The notes under the pieces were generated by a model. The model was not told where the DNA came from. It made no database searches and was given only the letters and a program-made list of their open reading frames with translations. The position numbers were made by a program, and so were the translations under genes. This document shows positions 38,848 through 50,179 of a stretch of DNA of 64,000 bases, piece by piece. Position 1 is the first letter of the stretch. Each line of letters starts with the position of its first letter. This DNA comes from Nitrospirota bacterium (GTDB taxonomy: Bacteria; Nitrospirota; Thermodesulfovibrionia; Thermodesulfovibrionales; JdFR-86). Where the stretch lies: positions 384,001 to 448,000 of the forward strand of contig CAVRJY010000002.1 in assembly GCA_963721805.1 (NCBI GenBank). Direction: 5' to 3'.

Positions 38848-41492
38848 TGAAGAGCGCGGATGTCAGGAAGGCTTTTCTGGATTTCTTCGCCGAGCGCGGC
38901 CATACGGTCGTGCGCAGCTCGTCATTGATCCCACGGCACGACCCCACGCTGCTTTTCACGAACGCCGGGATGGTGCAGTTCAAGTCCGTGTTCCTCGGCG
39001 AGGAGATGAGGGCCTATAACCGCGCGACCACCTCTCAGAAGTGCATGCGCGCAGGCGGCAAGCACAGCGACATAGAGAACGTCGGACATACCGCGCGCCA
39101 CCATACGTTTTTCGAGATGCTCGGCAACTTCTCCTTCGGCGACTACTTCAAGGCCGACGCGATACGCTTCGCATGGGAGCTGCTGACCGAGGTATACAAG
39201 CTTCCCAAGGACAAGCTCTGGGCCACGGTTTACCTAGACGACGACGAGGCCGAGCGGCTCTGGCTTGAAAATACGGGCATGCCCAAGGAGCGTATCGTCC
39301 GCCTCGGGGCCAAGGACAACTTCTGGCAGATGGCCGACACCGGGCCCTGCGGCCCGTGCTCCGAGATCATCATAGACCAGGGCCCTGAGATGGGCTGCGG
39401 CAAGGACGGCTGCGCCGTGGGCTGCGACTGCGACCGCTTCCTCGAGCTCTGGAACCTCGTGTTCATGCAGTACCACCGCGACGAGAGCGGCAAGCTTAAC
39501 CCCCTGCCGAAGCCGAGCATTGACACCGGCATGGGGCTTGAACGCATATGCTCCGTGTTGCAGGACAAACGTAGCAATTTCGACACCGATTTATTCGATG
39601 AGCTGCGCGCCTCGATATCCAGCCTCACTGGCGTGGCATACGGAAAGTCCGAGGCCACGGACGTATCGATCCGCGTGATAGCGGACCACCTGCGCGCCTC
39701 GACATTCCTCATAAGCGACGGCCTGATGCCCGCAAACGACGGCAGGGGCTACGTGCTTCGGCGCATCATCCGCCGCGCCTCGCGCCACGCGAGGCTCCTG
39801 GGGATGAACGAGCCGATGCTCTATAAGGCGATGGACGCCGTGGTCTCGACGATGGGCGGGGTCTACCCGGAGCTCCAGACCGAACGCGAGAGGGCCGCGA
39901 AGGTGCTGCATGCCGAGGAGGAGCGGTTCGGCCGCACGCTGGAGCACGGCCTCCGCGTGCTCGACGAGCTGCTTGAAGCAATGCGCAAGCGGGGCGAAAA
40001 GACGATCCCCGGCGCTGAGGTCTTCAAGCTCTACGATACCTTCGGCTTCCCGCTGGACCTCGCACGCGACATCGCATTGGACAGCGGCCTGGAGCTCGAC
40101 GAGCAGGGCTTCATGGACGCGATGGACGCGCAAAAGCAGCGCGCACGCGCCTCGTGGGTTGGGGTCGAAAGCGCGGTCTCGGCGATATACAAGACCATTC
40201 ACGCCGAACTAGGCGATACGCAGTTTCTGGGCTACGACTCGCTCGACGGCGAGGCAACGGTGCGCGCGATCATCAAAGATGGCGCGGTTGCAGACAGCGC
40301 CCGGGCCGGCGACGAGGTAGAGGTAGTGCTCGACAGGACGCCGTTTTACGGAGAATCCGGCGGACAGGCCGGCGACCATGGCTCGATAAGCGCAGGTGAT
40401 CTCAGGCTCGACGTCCAAGACACCAAAAAGCCTTTCGAGGGGCTGATGAGCCATCACGTTAAGGTCGCCTCCGGAGAGCTTAAAAAGGGCATGGCGGTAT
40501 ATTGTAAGGTCGACGAGGCCCGCCGCCGCTCGATCATGCGCAACCATACGTCGACCCACCTGCTGCAGGCCGCGCTGCGCCTCACGCTCGGGGAGCACGT
40601 CAAGCAGGCCGGGTCGCTCGTCGAGCCCGAGCGCGTGAGGTTCGACTTCACGCATTTTTCCTCTCTTACCAAGGATGAGCTGCAAGCGGTCGAGGACATC
40701 GTAAACGAGCGCGTGATCGAGGACACAGCCGTCAGGACCGAGGTGCTCGGCATCGCAGAGGCCCAGGCCTCGGGCGCTATGGCGCTTTTCGGCGAGAAAT
40801 ACGGCGATGCGGTGCGCGTCGTGAGCGTCGGGGACTTCAGCAAGGAACTTTGCGGCGGCACGCACGTCAAGGCCACCGGCGAGATCGGGCCGTTTCGGAT
40901 AACCTCGGAGGGCAGTGTGGCCTCCGGAATCAGGCGCATCGAGGCGGTCACAGGAACGTATGCATACGAGATGCTCAAGCATGACCGAAACGAGCTGGCC
41001 GAGATAGGCGCAGTGCTCAAGGCCGGCGGCGAGCCGCTCCAGAAGATCCGCGAGATGCTCGATGAGCTCAAGGCGCTCCAGAAGGAGCGCGAGGCTGCGG
41101 CGAGCGCGGCGTTTCAGGACATGTCGGCAGAGATCGCCCAGGGCGCGCGTGAGATAGCGGGCGTGAAGACTGTAGTCTTCCGCCGCGACGGGATCGAGCA
41201 AAAGGCGCTCCGCGAACTTGCCGACAAGGTGCGCGACCGCCTCGGCTCCGGCGTGGTCGTGCTCGCATCGGCCAACGAGGGAGCCGCCGCGATACTTGCC
41301 GTAGTGACCAAGGACCTCATCCCCGGCTGCGACGCGGGCAGGATACTTAAGGCCGTCGCCGCTGCGTGCGGGGGTTCGGGCGGGGGCAAGCCGGGCATGG
41401 CCCAGGGCGGCGCGAAGGACCTCCAAAAACTGGACAGCGCGCTTGAATCGGTATACGATATCGTTAGGGAGCAGAGAAAAAATTCCTCTTAA
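38847..41492 (+). CDS. alaS: Alanine--tRNA ligase
   Basis: TLLFTNAGMVQFK, HHTFFEMLGNFSFGDYFK, NHTSTHLL, ELCGGTH, GGGK. Confidence 0.99.
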   Translation: MKSADVRKAFLDFFAERGHTVVRSSSLIPRHDPTLLFTNAGMVQFKSVFLGEEMRAYNRATTSQKCMRAGGKHSDIENVGHTARHHTFFEMLGNFSFGDYFKADAIRFAWELLTEVYKLPKDKLWATVYLDDDEAERLWLENTGMPKERIVRLGAKDNFWQMADTGPCGPCSEIIIDQGPEMGCGKDGCAVGCDCDRFLELWNLVFMQYHRDESGKLNPLPKPSIDTGMGLERICSVLQDKRSNFDTDLFDELRASISSLTGVAYGKSEATDVSIRVIADHLRASTFLISDGLMPANDGRGYVLRRIIRRASRHARLLGMNEPMLYKAMDAVVSTMGGVYPELQTERERAAKVLHAEEERFGRTLEHGLRVLDELLEAMRKRGEKTIPGAEVFKLYDTFGFPLDLARDIALDSGLELDEQGFMDAMDAQKQRARASWVGVESAVSAIYKTIHAELGDTQFLGYDSLDGEATVRAIIKDGAVADSARAGDEVEVVLDRTPFYGESGGQAGDHGSISAGDLRLDVQDTKKPFEGLMSHHVKVASGELKKGMAVYCKVDEARRRSIMRNHTSTHLLQAALRLTLGEHVKQAGSLVEPERVRFDFTHFSSLTKDELQAVEDIVNERVIEDTAVRTEVLGIAEAQASGAMALFGEKYGDAVRVVSVGDFSKELCGGTHVKATGEIGPFRITSEGSVASGIRRIEAVTGTYAYEMLKHDRNELAEIGAVLKAGGEPLQKIREMLDELKALQKEREAAASAAFQDMSAEIAQGAREIAGVKTVVFRRDGIEQKALRELADKVRDRLGSGVVVLASANEGAAAILAVVTKDLIPGCDAGRILKAVAAACGGSGGGKPGMAQGGAKDLQKLDSALESVYDIVREQRKNSS

Positions 41493-41507
41493 AAGGGAGG
41501 CCTGACC

Positions 41508-41819
41508 ATGGCGATGTTCGAGTACCTCAGGCGTGCGATGCTGGCCGGTTATGGGATGCAGGAGAAGTTCAACGAGTTCGTCGACGAGCTCGTGAAGAAG
41601 GGCGAACTGAGCAAGGCAGAGGGCGTGAAGCTCGTCAAGGAGTGGTCGGAGAAGGCCGAAAAGAGCGGCGGCGAGCTCTCCAAGGGCTTCGAGGACCTCA
41701 TGGCCTCTGCGCTTAAGAAGCTCAACATCCCGAACAAGGACGAGATCGAGAAGCTCGAGAAGAAGGTCCAGGCCCTGAGCGCCCGCGTCAAGGCCCTCGA
41801 AGATGCCAAGGCCGGGTAA
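41508..41819 (+). CDS. Phasin-like (PHA granule-associated family) protein
   Basis: DELVKKGELS, LNIPNKDEIEKL; adjacent to an AarF/UbiB kinase. Confidence 0.75.
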   Translation: MAMFEYLRRAMLAGYGMQEKFNEFVDELVKKGELSKAEGVKLVKEWSEKAEKSGGELSKGFEDLMASALKKLNIPNKDEIEKLEKKVQALSARVKALEDAKAG

Positions 41820-41834
41820 CGGAAGCGCGCGCAT

Positions 41835-43532
41835 TTGACCCTGCTAAGCCTCAGGAAGACATACCGCTCGGCCCAGCGGGCCCGGCAGATAGTCAACGTA
41901 TTTTTGAGGCACGGCTTCGGCAGCATCATAGACCAGATCCAGCTCGGCAGGTACATCCCCTTCAGGAAGCGCCTGAAGAGCTTCGGCCAGTGGAGCGCGC
42001 CCAAGGGGATCTCGGCCCCCGAGCGCCTGCGGATGTCGTTCGCCGAACTCGGGCCGAGCTTCATAAAGCTCGCCCAGATACTCTCGGCCCGGCCGGACCT
42101 GATAACCCCGCTTTACGCCAACGAGTTCAAGAAGCTCCAGGACAAGGTCCCTCCGTTTCCGGGCTACGAGTCGGTGCGCATCGTCGAGGAGGATTGCGGC
42201 AGGCCGATTGGCGAGGTCTTCGAGTGCTTTGACGAAGAGCCGGTGGCCGCGGCCTCGATAGCCCAGGTCCACTACGCCTCGCTGCACGACGGCCGCATGG
42301 TCATCGTCAAGGTCCGCCGTCCGAACATCAGCACCCAGATCGAGCAGGACATCGACATCCTGACCGTCGTCGCCCGCCTGATGGAAAACAACATCCCCGA
42401 AAGCAGGCACTTCAACCCCTCGGGGATCGTCAAGGAGTTCGGCCGCACGGTCAGGCGCGAACTGGACTTCATGGCCGAGGCGCGCAACTGCCAGCGGCTG
42501 GGCCACAACCTCAGGGACGTCCCGGGCGTCCATATCCCGGAGGTCATCCCGGAATACCTCTCGGAGCGCATGCTCGTGATGGAGCGCATCGACGGCGTGC
42601 GCATAGACGACGTCCCGGCCTTCGAGGCCATGGGCATAGAGCGCCACGACGTCTGCCAGAGGCTCGTCAACGTATACCTCAAGATGATCCTCGAGGACGG
42701 CTTCTTCCACGCCGACCCCCACCCGGGCAACATATTCGTCACGGCCGAGGGCACGGTCTGCCTGATGGACTTCGGCATCGTCGGCCGCGTCAGCGACGAG
42801 ACGCGCGAGGTAATCGCGAGCACCTTCATGGCCATGATTGCCCAGGATATCGACTCGCTGGTCGAGGCCCTCGTTACGCTCGGCTACCTGCCGGAGGACG
42901 CGGACGAGGCCCTGTTCCGGCGCGAGTTCCGCGACGACCTGGCGGACATCATCGAGCCACTGCACGGGGTCGCGCTTAAGGGCATAAACTTCTCGCGCAC
43001 GATGGAGGCGGTCGTGCAGACCGCGATCCACCACCGCCTGCGCCTGCCCTCCGAGATGATCCTCATAAGCAAGACGATGATGATGATGGAGGGCCTCGTC
43101 AGGGACATCTACCCTGAGTTCAACTTCGTGGCCGCGACCGAGCCTTACGCAAAGGGCATGGCGCAGCGCAGGCTGAGCCCCCGGTGGGCGGTGCATAAGG
43201 CGGGCAAGGAGCTGGCCGCGGCCGGAGACCTCCTGCTGAATCTCCCGCGCGATACGCACAAGCTCGTGAAGAAGGCCATCAAAAACGACATCGGCGTCAA
43301 GATGACCCTGCACGGGATGGACCAGCTCATCCGCGACATGGACCGCTCGAGCAACCGCGTTGCGTTCGCGATGGTCATCAGCGCGATCATCCTGAGTTCC
43401 GCCGTGCTGTTTATGAGCGGGAAGGGCCCGTCGTTTTACGGGATGCCTATTTTCGGGTTCCTCGGTTTCGGTTTCGCGTCCATCCTGGGCCTCTGGCTCG
43501 TGATCTCGATCATCAGGTCCGGCCGCATGTGA
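41835..43532 (+). CDS. AarF/UbiB/ABC1 family kinase
   Basis: LGPSFIKLAQ, AASIAQVH, FHADPHPGN, DFG; two C-terminal TMs. Confidence 0.93.
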   Translation: MTLLSLRKTYRSAQRARQIVNVFLRHGFGSIIDQIQLGRYIPFRKRLKSFGQWSAPKGISAPERLRMSFAELGPSFIKLAQILSARPDLITPLYANEFKKLQDKVPPFPGYESVRIVEEDCGRPIGEVFECFDEEPVAAASIAQVHYASLHDGRMVIVKVRRPNISTQIEQDIDILTVVARLMENNIPESRHFNPSGIVKEFGRTVRRELDFMAEARNCQRLGHNLRDVPGVHIPEVIPEYLSERMLVMERIDGVRIDDVPAFEAMGIERHDVCQRLVNVYLKMILEDGFFHADPHPGNIFVTAEGTVCLMDFGIVGRVSDETREVIASTFMAMIAQDIDSLVEALVTLGYLPEDADEALFRREFRDDLADIIEPLHGVALKGINFSRTMEAVVQTAIHHRLRLPSEMILISKTMMMMEGLVRDIYPEFNFVAATEPYAKGMAQRRLSPRWAVHKAGKELAAAGDLLLNLPRDTHKLVKKAIKNDIGVKMTLHGMDQLIRDMDRSSNRVAFAMVISAIILSSAVLFMSGKGPSFYGMPIFGFLGFGFASILGLWLVISIIRSGRM

Positions 43533-43589
43533 CCGGCATCGCAGGCGCCGGGCGTGAAAAAGGCCCGCCACCGGTTTTATAATATTTCT

Positions 43590-44228
43590 ATGTACAAGAT
43601 AGACCTGCACGTCCATACCAGCCACAGCGGAGACAACGACGCCGAGCCCGAGGAGGTCGTCCTCGAGGCCATCAGGCGCGGTCTCGACGGCCTCGTCTTC
43701 ACCGAACACTACTACTACGGGGCATCGGAATACGCCGAGCGGCTGGCCGAGCGATACCGGGGCCGGATCATCGTGATGCGCGGGGTCGAGTTCTCGGCCG
43801 CAGAGGGCCACTGCCTCGTGTTCGGGGCCGACACCGACCGGCTCGGGCTCAAACGCCCCTCGGTTACGGAGCTGACGTATGCCGTGGGCCGCGCCGGAGG
43901 GGTAGTGATCCCATCGCACCCATACCGCGGCGGAAGCGGGATAGGGGACCTCGTATACAGCGCCCCGGGGATCATCGCGCTTGAGGGCTGTAACGGGTGC
44001 AACCTCCACGCGATGAACGAGATGGCGATCTCGGCCGCGAAGATCCTGGGCGTCCCGTATACCGGCGGCTCCGACGCACATTCGCCGCAGGACGTCGGAG
44101 GCTGCTACACCGTGTTTGAGTCCCCGGTGACGCCCGAAAACTTCATCGGGCTTCTGCGCGGCGGCAGGTATACCGGCCGCGACGACCGCAAGATCAGCCG
44201 GGGGGCTGCCTCCCCATATTGCAGTTGA
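43590..44228 (+). CDS. PHP-domain metal-dependent phosphoesterase
   Basis: DLHVHT, TEH, GVE, SHPYR, GGSDAH. Confidence 0.9.
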   Translation: MYKIDLHVHTSHSGDNDAEPEEVVLEAIRRGLDGLVFTEHYYYGASEYAERLAERYRGRIIVMRGVEFSAAEGHCLVFGADTDRLGLKRPSVTELTYAVGRAGGVVIPSHPYRGGSGIGDLVYSAPGIIALEGCNGCNLHAMNEMAISAAKILGVPYTGGSDAHSPQDVGGCYTVFESPVTPENFIGLLRGGRYTGRDDRKISRGAASPYCS

Positions 44229-44260
44229 ACCAGCCGCGGCTTCGCGTATAATTAAGTCCA

Positions 44261-45798
44261 ATGACCCTCCAGCGAAAGATAATCTCGAGCTTCGTCCTGA
44301 GCGCCGTGATAGTCTCGGCTTTCGTCATCACCTCTTTCGTAACCCTCTCGGACATCCGCAGGGACATACGGTATATCGAACTGACGGACTCGATCCGGAC
44401 CAAGACGCTCCAGCTGCGGCGGCACGAGGAGAACTTCCTGCTGTACCGCGAGCAGGCCGAGATCGACGCCCTGCACCAAAACCTCGCGGAGATCAACGCG
44501 CTCATAACCGAGGGCCGCGCGTTTGACGACCGGGGCAGCATCGCGAAGCTCGAGGCCCGCACCAAGCGGTATTCGGACCTCTTCGGGGAGATCGTGGCCG
44601 GCATCGCCGCGATCGAAAACGGCATAGACGGCCAGGGCGGCGGCCCGGGCCGCGCCTCCATGATGAAGGCCGCGTTCGTCGAGCGGCCTTTGCTGACCGC
44701 CGGGTTCATCGAGCGCAGCGAACCCGGACTGGCCGCGCTCGCGCCGGCCCTCCGGAGGCTCGACGGACAGATGACCGAGCGGCGACTGATCGGCGATGAG
44801 ATCATCGACATCTCGCGCGAGATCGACAGGCGCGCCCGCGCGGAGGTCGACCGCTCGATCACGGTCGCGGCTACGGCGGCGCTCACGATCTTCCCCGCGT
44901 TTCTGATTGTAGGGTTCGCCGGGCTTTTCTTCATCAGCCGAAACGTGGTCAGGCGGCTCAACATCCTCATGCGGGCGGCCGAATCCACCGGCAGGGGAGA
45001 TTTCAGGCCGATCCCGGCGCCCCGCGATAACGACGAGGTCGGGGCGCTCATGGCCGCCTTCGACAAGATGGAGGCCGACCTCAGGGAGCGCGACGAGGAG
45101 ATCATGAACAAAAACGAGGAGCTCTTCCAGAGCCGCAAGCTCGCCTCGATCGGCACGCTCGCCTCCGGCGTGGCGCACGAACTCAACAACCCGCTTAACA
45201 ACATATACCTTTCGGCCCAGGTGCTGGTAAATGAGATCCCGGAGGGCTCGCCCCCGATGGTGCAGGAGACGGTCGAGGAGATATACTCCGAGACCCTGCG
45301 CGTAAAGCGGATCGTAAGCGACCTGCTGGAGTTCTCGCGCTCGAAGCAGCCGGAACTCGCCGAGGTCGACACGGCCGGGCTCGTGCGCGGCATCGTCAGC
45401 CAGAGGCTCGACTCGGCGAAGGCCGCCGGCGTGCGAGTTCGACGACCGGATGCCTGTGCGCGCACCCGCGATGGCCGACCGCCACATGCTCGAGCAGGCG
45501 GTCATAAACCTCGTCGATAACGCGATAGACGCTATGCGGGGCCACGGCACGCTGAGCGCCACGGCGGGCGAGGCGGGGGGCTCGGTCGCTGCTCACGCTG
45601 GCCGATACCGGCGAGGGCATGAGCGAGGCGAGCCTCAAGAAGATATTCGACCCGTTCTATACGACCAAGGACAAGGGGACCGGCCTCGGACTTTCGATCG
45701 TATACAGTATAATAGAGAAACACGGCGGCTCTATAACCGTAGAGTCCGCCGAGGGCAAGGGCACGAGCTTCCATATCACGCTGCCCAAAGGGAGATAG
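44261..45798 (+). pseudogene. HAMP sensor histidine kinase, two +1 frameshifts (~45434 and ~45575-45588)
   Basis: H-box VAHELNNPL in frame 1; N-box NLVDNAIDAM in frame 2; DTGEG/FDPFYTTK/GTGLGL in frame 3, ending TAG 45798. Confidence 0.85.
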
Positions 45799-45802
45799 GG
45801 CG

Positions 45803-47127
45803 TTGCGCATACTTATCGCTGAAGACGAGGAAATATCCTTAAAGCACATGCTCTACGCCCTCAAGAAGGCCGGCCATGACGTCACGGGCGTCGGTAACGG
45901 CCTCGAGGCGCTCGAAAAGTTCAAGTCCAGCGGCTTCGACCTCCTGATCGCGGACCTGAAGATGCCGGGCATGGACGGCATGGCGCTGCTGGCCGAGGTC
46001 AAGGAGAAATACCCGGACACCCCGGTGATGATCGTCACGGGGTTCGGGAGCATAGACTCCGCGGTATCCGCCATGCGCAAGGGGGCGGATGAATATCTCA
46101 CGAAGCCGATAAGCCTCAACGAGCTCGGCTCCAAGGTGAGCCGCGTACTGGCCAAGAGGAGCGCCGAGAACGAAAACGCGGCCGCGAGGCTGCCCCTCGA
46201 ACTCGGGATGCAGATCCCGTTTATCGCCAGGAGCCGCGCCATGAAGGCGATTGCCAACACGATCGAGGCGATCTCGGGCTCTGACTGCAACGTCTTCATC
46301 ACGGGCGAAAGCGGCGTGGGCAAGGGGCTGGTCGCTAAGCTCATCCACTACTCCAGCAGGCGCAAGCAGAAGCGCTTCGTCGCGATAAACTGCGCCCTTT
46401 TCACAGAGGAACTCCTCGCAAGCGAGCTGTTCGGCCACGAAAAGGGCGCGTTTACGGGCGCGGTAAAGCCCAAGCGCGGCCTGCTTGAGATCGCCCACGG
46501 CGGCACGCTTTTCCTCGACGAGATAGGCGAGATGTCCGTCGCGCTTCAGGCCAAGTTCCTGAAAGTCGTCGAGGAGCGGGAGTTCATGCGCGTCGGCGGG
46601 ACCAGTTCCATCGCCTCGGACGTACGGTTCATAGCTGCGACGAACCAGAACATCACGGTCGTGCTCTCGTCGGGTAAGTTCCGCGAGGACCTGTACTACA
46701 GGCTCAACGTGATGGACATATACATCCCACCGCTTCGTGACCGCAAGGACGACATCCTGCCGCTGTGCAAGTACTTCCTCCAGAAACACTCCCGGAAGAA
46801 CATGAAGACCTTCAAGGGTTTCACGAACGAGGCCCTGGAACTCCTTAAATCCTATAGCTTTCCCGGCAACGTGCGCGAGCTCGAAAACATCATCGAGCGC
46901 GCCGTTATCCTCGAACAGAAGTCTCTCGATCACCGATAGAGCACTTTCCACAGGCGATCAAGATGTTTCAGATTGAAACAATTGAACCCGGAAAGATCAA
47001 GTCCATCGAGGAGCTCAATACGGATTACGCGAAGATGGTTCTGGAGTACGCGAACAATAACAAGACAAAGGCCGCGGAATTGCTGGGAATTTCCAGAACC
47101 AACCTCTGGAGGATGCTTAAGAAGTAG
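45803..47127 (+). pseudogene. Sigma-54-dependent NtrC-family response regulator, frameshifted near 46928-46935
   Basis: REC domain, GESGVGK, GAFTGA, FPGNVRELEN; Fis HTH NKTKAAELLGISRTNLWR in a shifted frame, ending TAG 47127. Confidence 0.87.
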
Positions 47128-47136
47128 CATCATACC

Positions 47137-47242
47137 GTTTCAAACTGTTCAACACTGTTTCAAATAGCAACATCAAGATCAACCCTCCAAAAGCAATAAT
47201 TCTTTAAAATCGAATGCTTTGCCTCCTGGCACATATCTTGGA
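47137..47242 (+). promoter_or_regulatory. Putative sigma-54 promoter with upstream activator sites
   Basis: TGGCAC-N5-TTGG at 47227-47241; TGT-N11-ACA (TGTTTCAAATAGCAACA) and a repeated GTTTCAAA upstream; AT-rich spacer. Confidence 0.6.
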
Positions 47243-47254
47243 TTATGTCCAGGC

Positions 47255-47743
47255 ATGAGAGAAAAGCTCCTATTCATTACCATGAACACCGAGCAGGTCG
47301 ACGAGGGTCTCGATTACGTCCTGCAGCTCGCCACCACGATGTTCAGCGGCATAGCGATCATCCTCGTCAGCAAAAGCCCCGTCTCCTCGATATACGAAAA
47401 CCTGATCTCCTCCATAACGTCCGCCGGGAGGGCGAGGGAGACCGCGCTCCGCATGCTCCAGGGCGATGACAGCGAACTCGACGAGGCCGAGCGCACGGCC
47501 ATAGAGGCGCTCAGGGCCCGCTGCGCCCAGCACTCGATAGCGCCCTCGATACACCTGATGAGCGGTGACCCGCTGAAGGTGATCGAGACGTTCGTGGCCG
47601 CCCACAGCGGAATCGAGATGGTATTCCTGAGCCCGAGCCTCTCGGCGCGCAAGGACATAAAGAGGGTGCTCAAGCAAAATCTGCTCAAGCGGATAGACAA
47701 GCCTGTGGTCACTATCAGGCGGCTCACCGAATCCGCGGGCTGA
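47255..47743 (+). CDS. Hypothetical protein with a USP-like pattern
   Basis: EGLDYVLQLA...GDP...IEMVFLSP...KPVVTI resembles the universal stress protein fold; start uncertain. Confidence 0.6.
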   Translation: MREKLLFITMNTEQVDEGLDYVLQLATTMFSGIAIILVSKSPVSSIYENLISSITSAGRARETALRMLQGDDSELDEAERTAIEALRARCAQHSIAPSIHLMSGDPLKVIETFVAAHSGIEMVFLSPSLSARKDIKRVLKQNLLKRIDKPVVTIRRLTESAG

Positions 47744-47977
47744 ACATGAAATGGAGGGCGCTCGTTGAAGGCATGACAGTGGCGGTTCATCCGTTCGTCC
47801 GAGGCCGCGAGGGCCATGAGCGAATAGTATGGCTAATCTTGATGCACAAAAAGGAGGAAGCACCATGAAAGGGATCAAGGGATCGTCGACGGGGTTGATC
47901 CCCGTCGGAAAGCGCGCCGAGGCGGGCGCGGGCAGCACGGCGGGACAGGCCCCGGCGCATAATCGGACGGGAAGGTA

Positions 47978-48223
47978 ATGGCCATGGCAAAGAAAAAGCC
48001 GTACGTGCAGGTAGCATTCTGGGGGGCGATCTCGATAGCCATGTTCGCCGCCATGTATGTCTACGAGACCGATATCACCACCACCTTCAGCAAGGGCGGC
48101 TGGTACGCATTCCTGCCGATAGCGACCGCGTTCGCGTTCTCGTTCGTGCACGGCAACTTCACCGGCAAGTTCTGGAGCGTCGTCGGCATCGAGGCCTCCA
48201 ACAAGATCAAGGGAGGTAAATAA
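47978..48223 (+). CDS. Small two-TM membrane protein upstream of the TauE gene
   Basis: PIATAFAFSFVHGNFTGKFWSVVGIEA; RBS present. Confidence 0.75.
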   Translation: MAMAKKKPYVQVAFWGAISIAMFAAMYVYETDITTTFSKGGWYAFLPIATAFAFSFVHGNFTGKFWSVVGIEASNKIKGGK

Positions 48224-48225
48224 CC

Positions 48226-49309
48226 ATGCACGACATCGCAAGCAGCGTGGCCAATTTCATCGACCTCAATTCGATGAACATCATATACCTGTTCCTGGTC
48301 GGGTTCGTGGGCGGCCTCGTCAGCGGGTTCATAGGCTCCGGCGGCGCGTTCGTCCTCACCCCCGGCATGATGAGCCTCGGCGTGCCCGGGCTCGTCGCGG
48401 TCGCAAGCAACATGTGCCACAAGTTCCCCAAGGCGCTGGTGGGGTCGATGAAGCGGGCCAAGTACGGGCAGGTCGACGTCAAGCTCGGCGTCGTGCTCGG
48501 CATATCGGCCGAGGCCGGCGTGCTCTACGGAGCGCAAATTCAGGAAAACATCAAGGCCCGGTTCGGCGATGCGGGATCGAACCTCTACGTCAGCGCGGCC
48601 TTCGTAGTGATCCTCGCGGTCGTAGGAGGCTTCGTGCTCTATGACGCCTGGAAGACCCACCAAAGCGGCGCCACGCAACGAGGAAGAGAAGGTCTGCAAG
48701 CTCGCCAAATGGGTGCAGTCCATCAACATCCCCGGCACGATGGTCTATTTCAAGGCCATCAACGCCCGCGTGTCGATCCTCTTTACGATCCCGCTGGGGT
48801 TCGCAACCGGCATGCTCGCGGCCACTATCGCAGTGGGCGGCTTCATCGGAGTGCCTGCGATGATCTACGTCCTTGGCGCGCCGAGCCTCATAGCCTCGGC
48901 CACCGAACTCGTGATAGCGTTCGTCATGGGCGTGGGCGGCTCGTTTAAGTACGCGATGCACGGCCTCGTCGACATCAGGCTCGCGATGATCATCCTCGGC
49001 GGCTCGCTCTTCGGCATCCAGCTCGGGGCGATGGGCACCACGTACGTCAAGCCCTTCATGGTCAAGGTCGTCATGGGTGTCATCATGGTAGTCGTGCTCT
49101 TCAGCCGCGGCCTGATGGTCCCGGTCTATATGGCCCAGCTCGGCATGATCGATAAGATCGAGGACCACACGGTCAAGGTGCTCAGCTCCACGAGCTTCGC
49201 TATCATGATCTTTGCGCTGATGGTCGGGGCGGGCATCATCCTCAAGGCGATGTACGTGGGCCGCAGGGCCGAGCGCCTGAGCGCCATTGCCCAGGATGAG
49301 CGCGTATAA
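48226..49309 (+). pseudogene. TauE/SafE (sulfite exporter family) membrane protein, +1 frameshift near 48676
   Basis: GFVGGLVSGFIGSGGAFVLTP first half; AVGGFIGVPAMIY second half in the next frame. Confidence 0.85.
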
Positions 49310-50151
49310 GAAACTCCTGGTCGCGTTCGACGGCTCCGGATCGAGCCGTAACGCGCTGGTCCAGGCCTTCTCGCTCGCGCAGCGGGAGAAGGCCTGGATC
49401 AAGGTCCTGGCCGTAGTGCCCTCGTACGACGGCGACATAGACCTAAGCGGCGTAGGCGACATCGAGGCCGTGCTCAAGGGCCCCGGCGAGAAGCTTGTAG
49501 CCGAGGCCCGCCGGATGGCGGACGAGGCGAGGGTTAACGTCCTGACCGGCGTCGGGCAGGGCGAGGTCTACGAGAAGATCGTCGAGGTGGCCGGGGACGA
49601 GCGCTGCGGCCTGATCGTGATGGGCCGGCGCGGCCACCACGATATCGGCCGGATGGTGATCGGCAGCGTAACCGCCAGAGTTATCGCCCACAGCACAATG
49701 GACGTCCTCGTCTTCCCTCTTGGCACCGGGCTCGGATGGGGCCGCATCCTGCTTGCGACCGACGGCTCGGAATGCAGCCTCGCCGCGGCACAGAGGGCCA
49801 TAGCCTTTTGCGCGGCTTACGGCTCCGCGCTCTCGGCCGTCTCTGTCGTCCACGCGCCCGTCGAGATGTACGCCGAGGCCCCGAAGCTCGTCGAGCGCAT
49901 GATCGAGAAGTCCCGCTCTATCCTCGACGGCATAGCTGCCCTGGCCGGGAGGTCCGGCGTAAAGATCGAGACGCACGTCAGGGAGGGAGAGCCGGACGAG
50001 GAGGTTATCAAGCTTGCGACGGAGCTTGAGGCCGAGATGATCGTGATGGGGAGCCATGGGAGGACGGGCATCAAAAAAGTAATCATGGGGTCGGTCACCG
50101 AAAAGGTGATCGCGGAAGCCGTACTGCCCGGTATTGGTCGCAAAAGCCTAA
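49296..50151 (+). CDS. Tandem universal stress protein; probable +1 frameshift near 50121
   Basis: Two USP domains (LVAFDGS, IVMGRRG, GSVT; LATDGS, IVMGSHG, GSVT); canonical end CPVLVAKA* is in the +1 frame. Confidence 0.88.
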
Positions 50152-50179
50152 TCTTATCCAACGCATAGCTGCTATCCCA

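Noticed and set aside
41844..44261. Long antisense ORFs (805 aa here; also 18996-20738, 40209-41834 and others)
   Set aside because: Shadows of real GC-rich genes on the opposite strand; no recognisable motifs
47830..47846. Second sigma-54 promoter
   Set aside because: GG-to-GC spacing is 11 rather than the required 10
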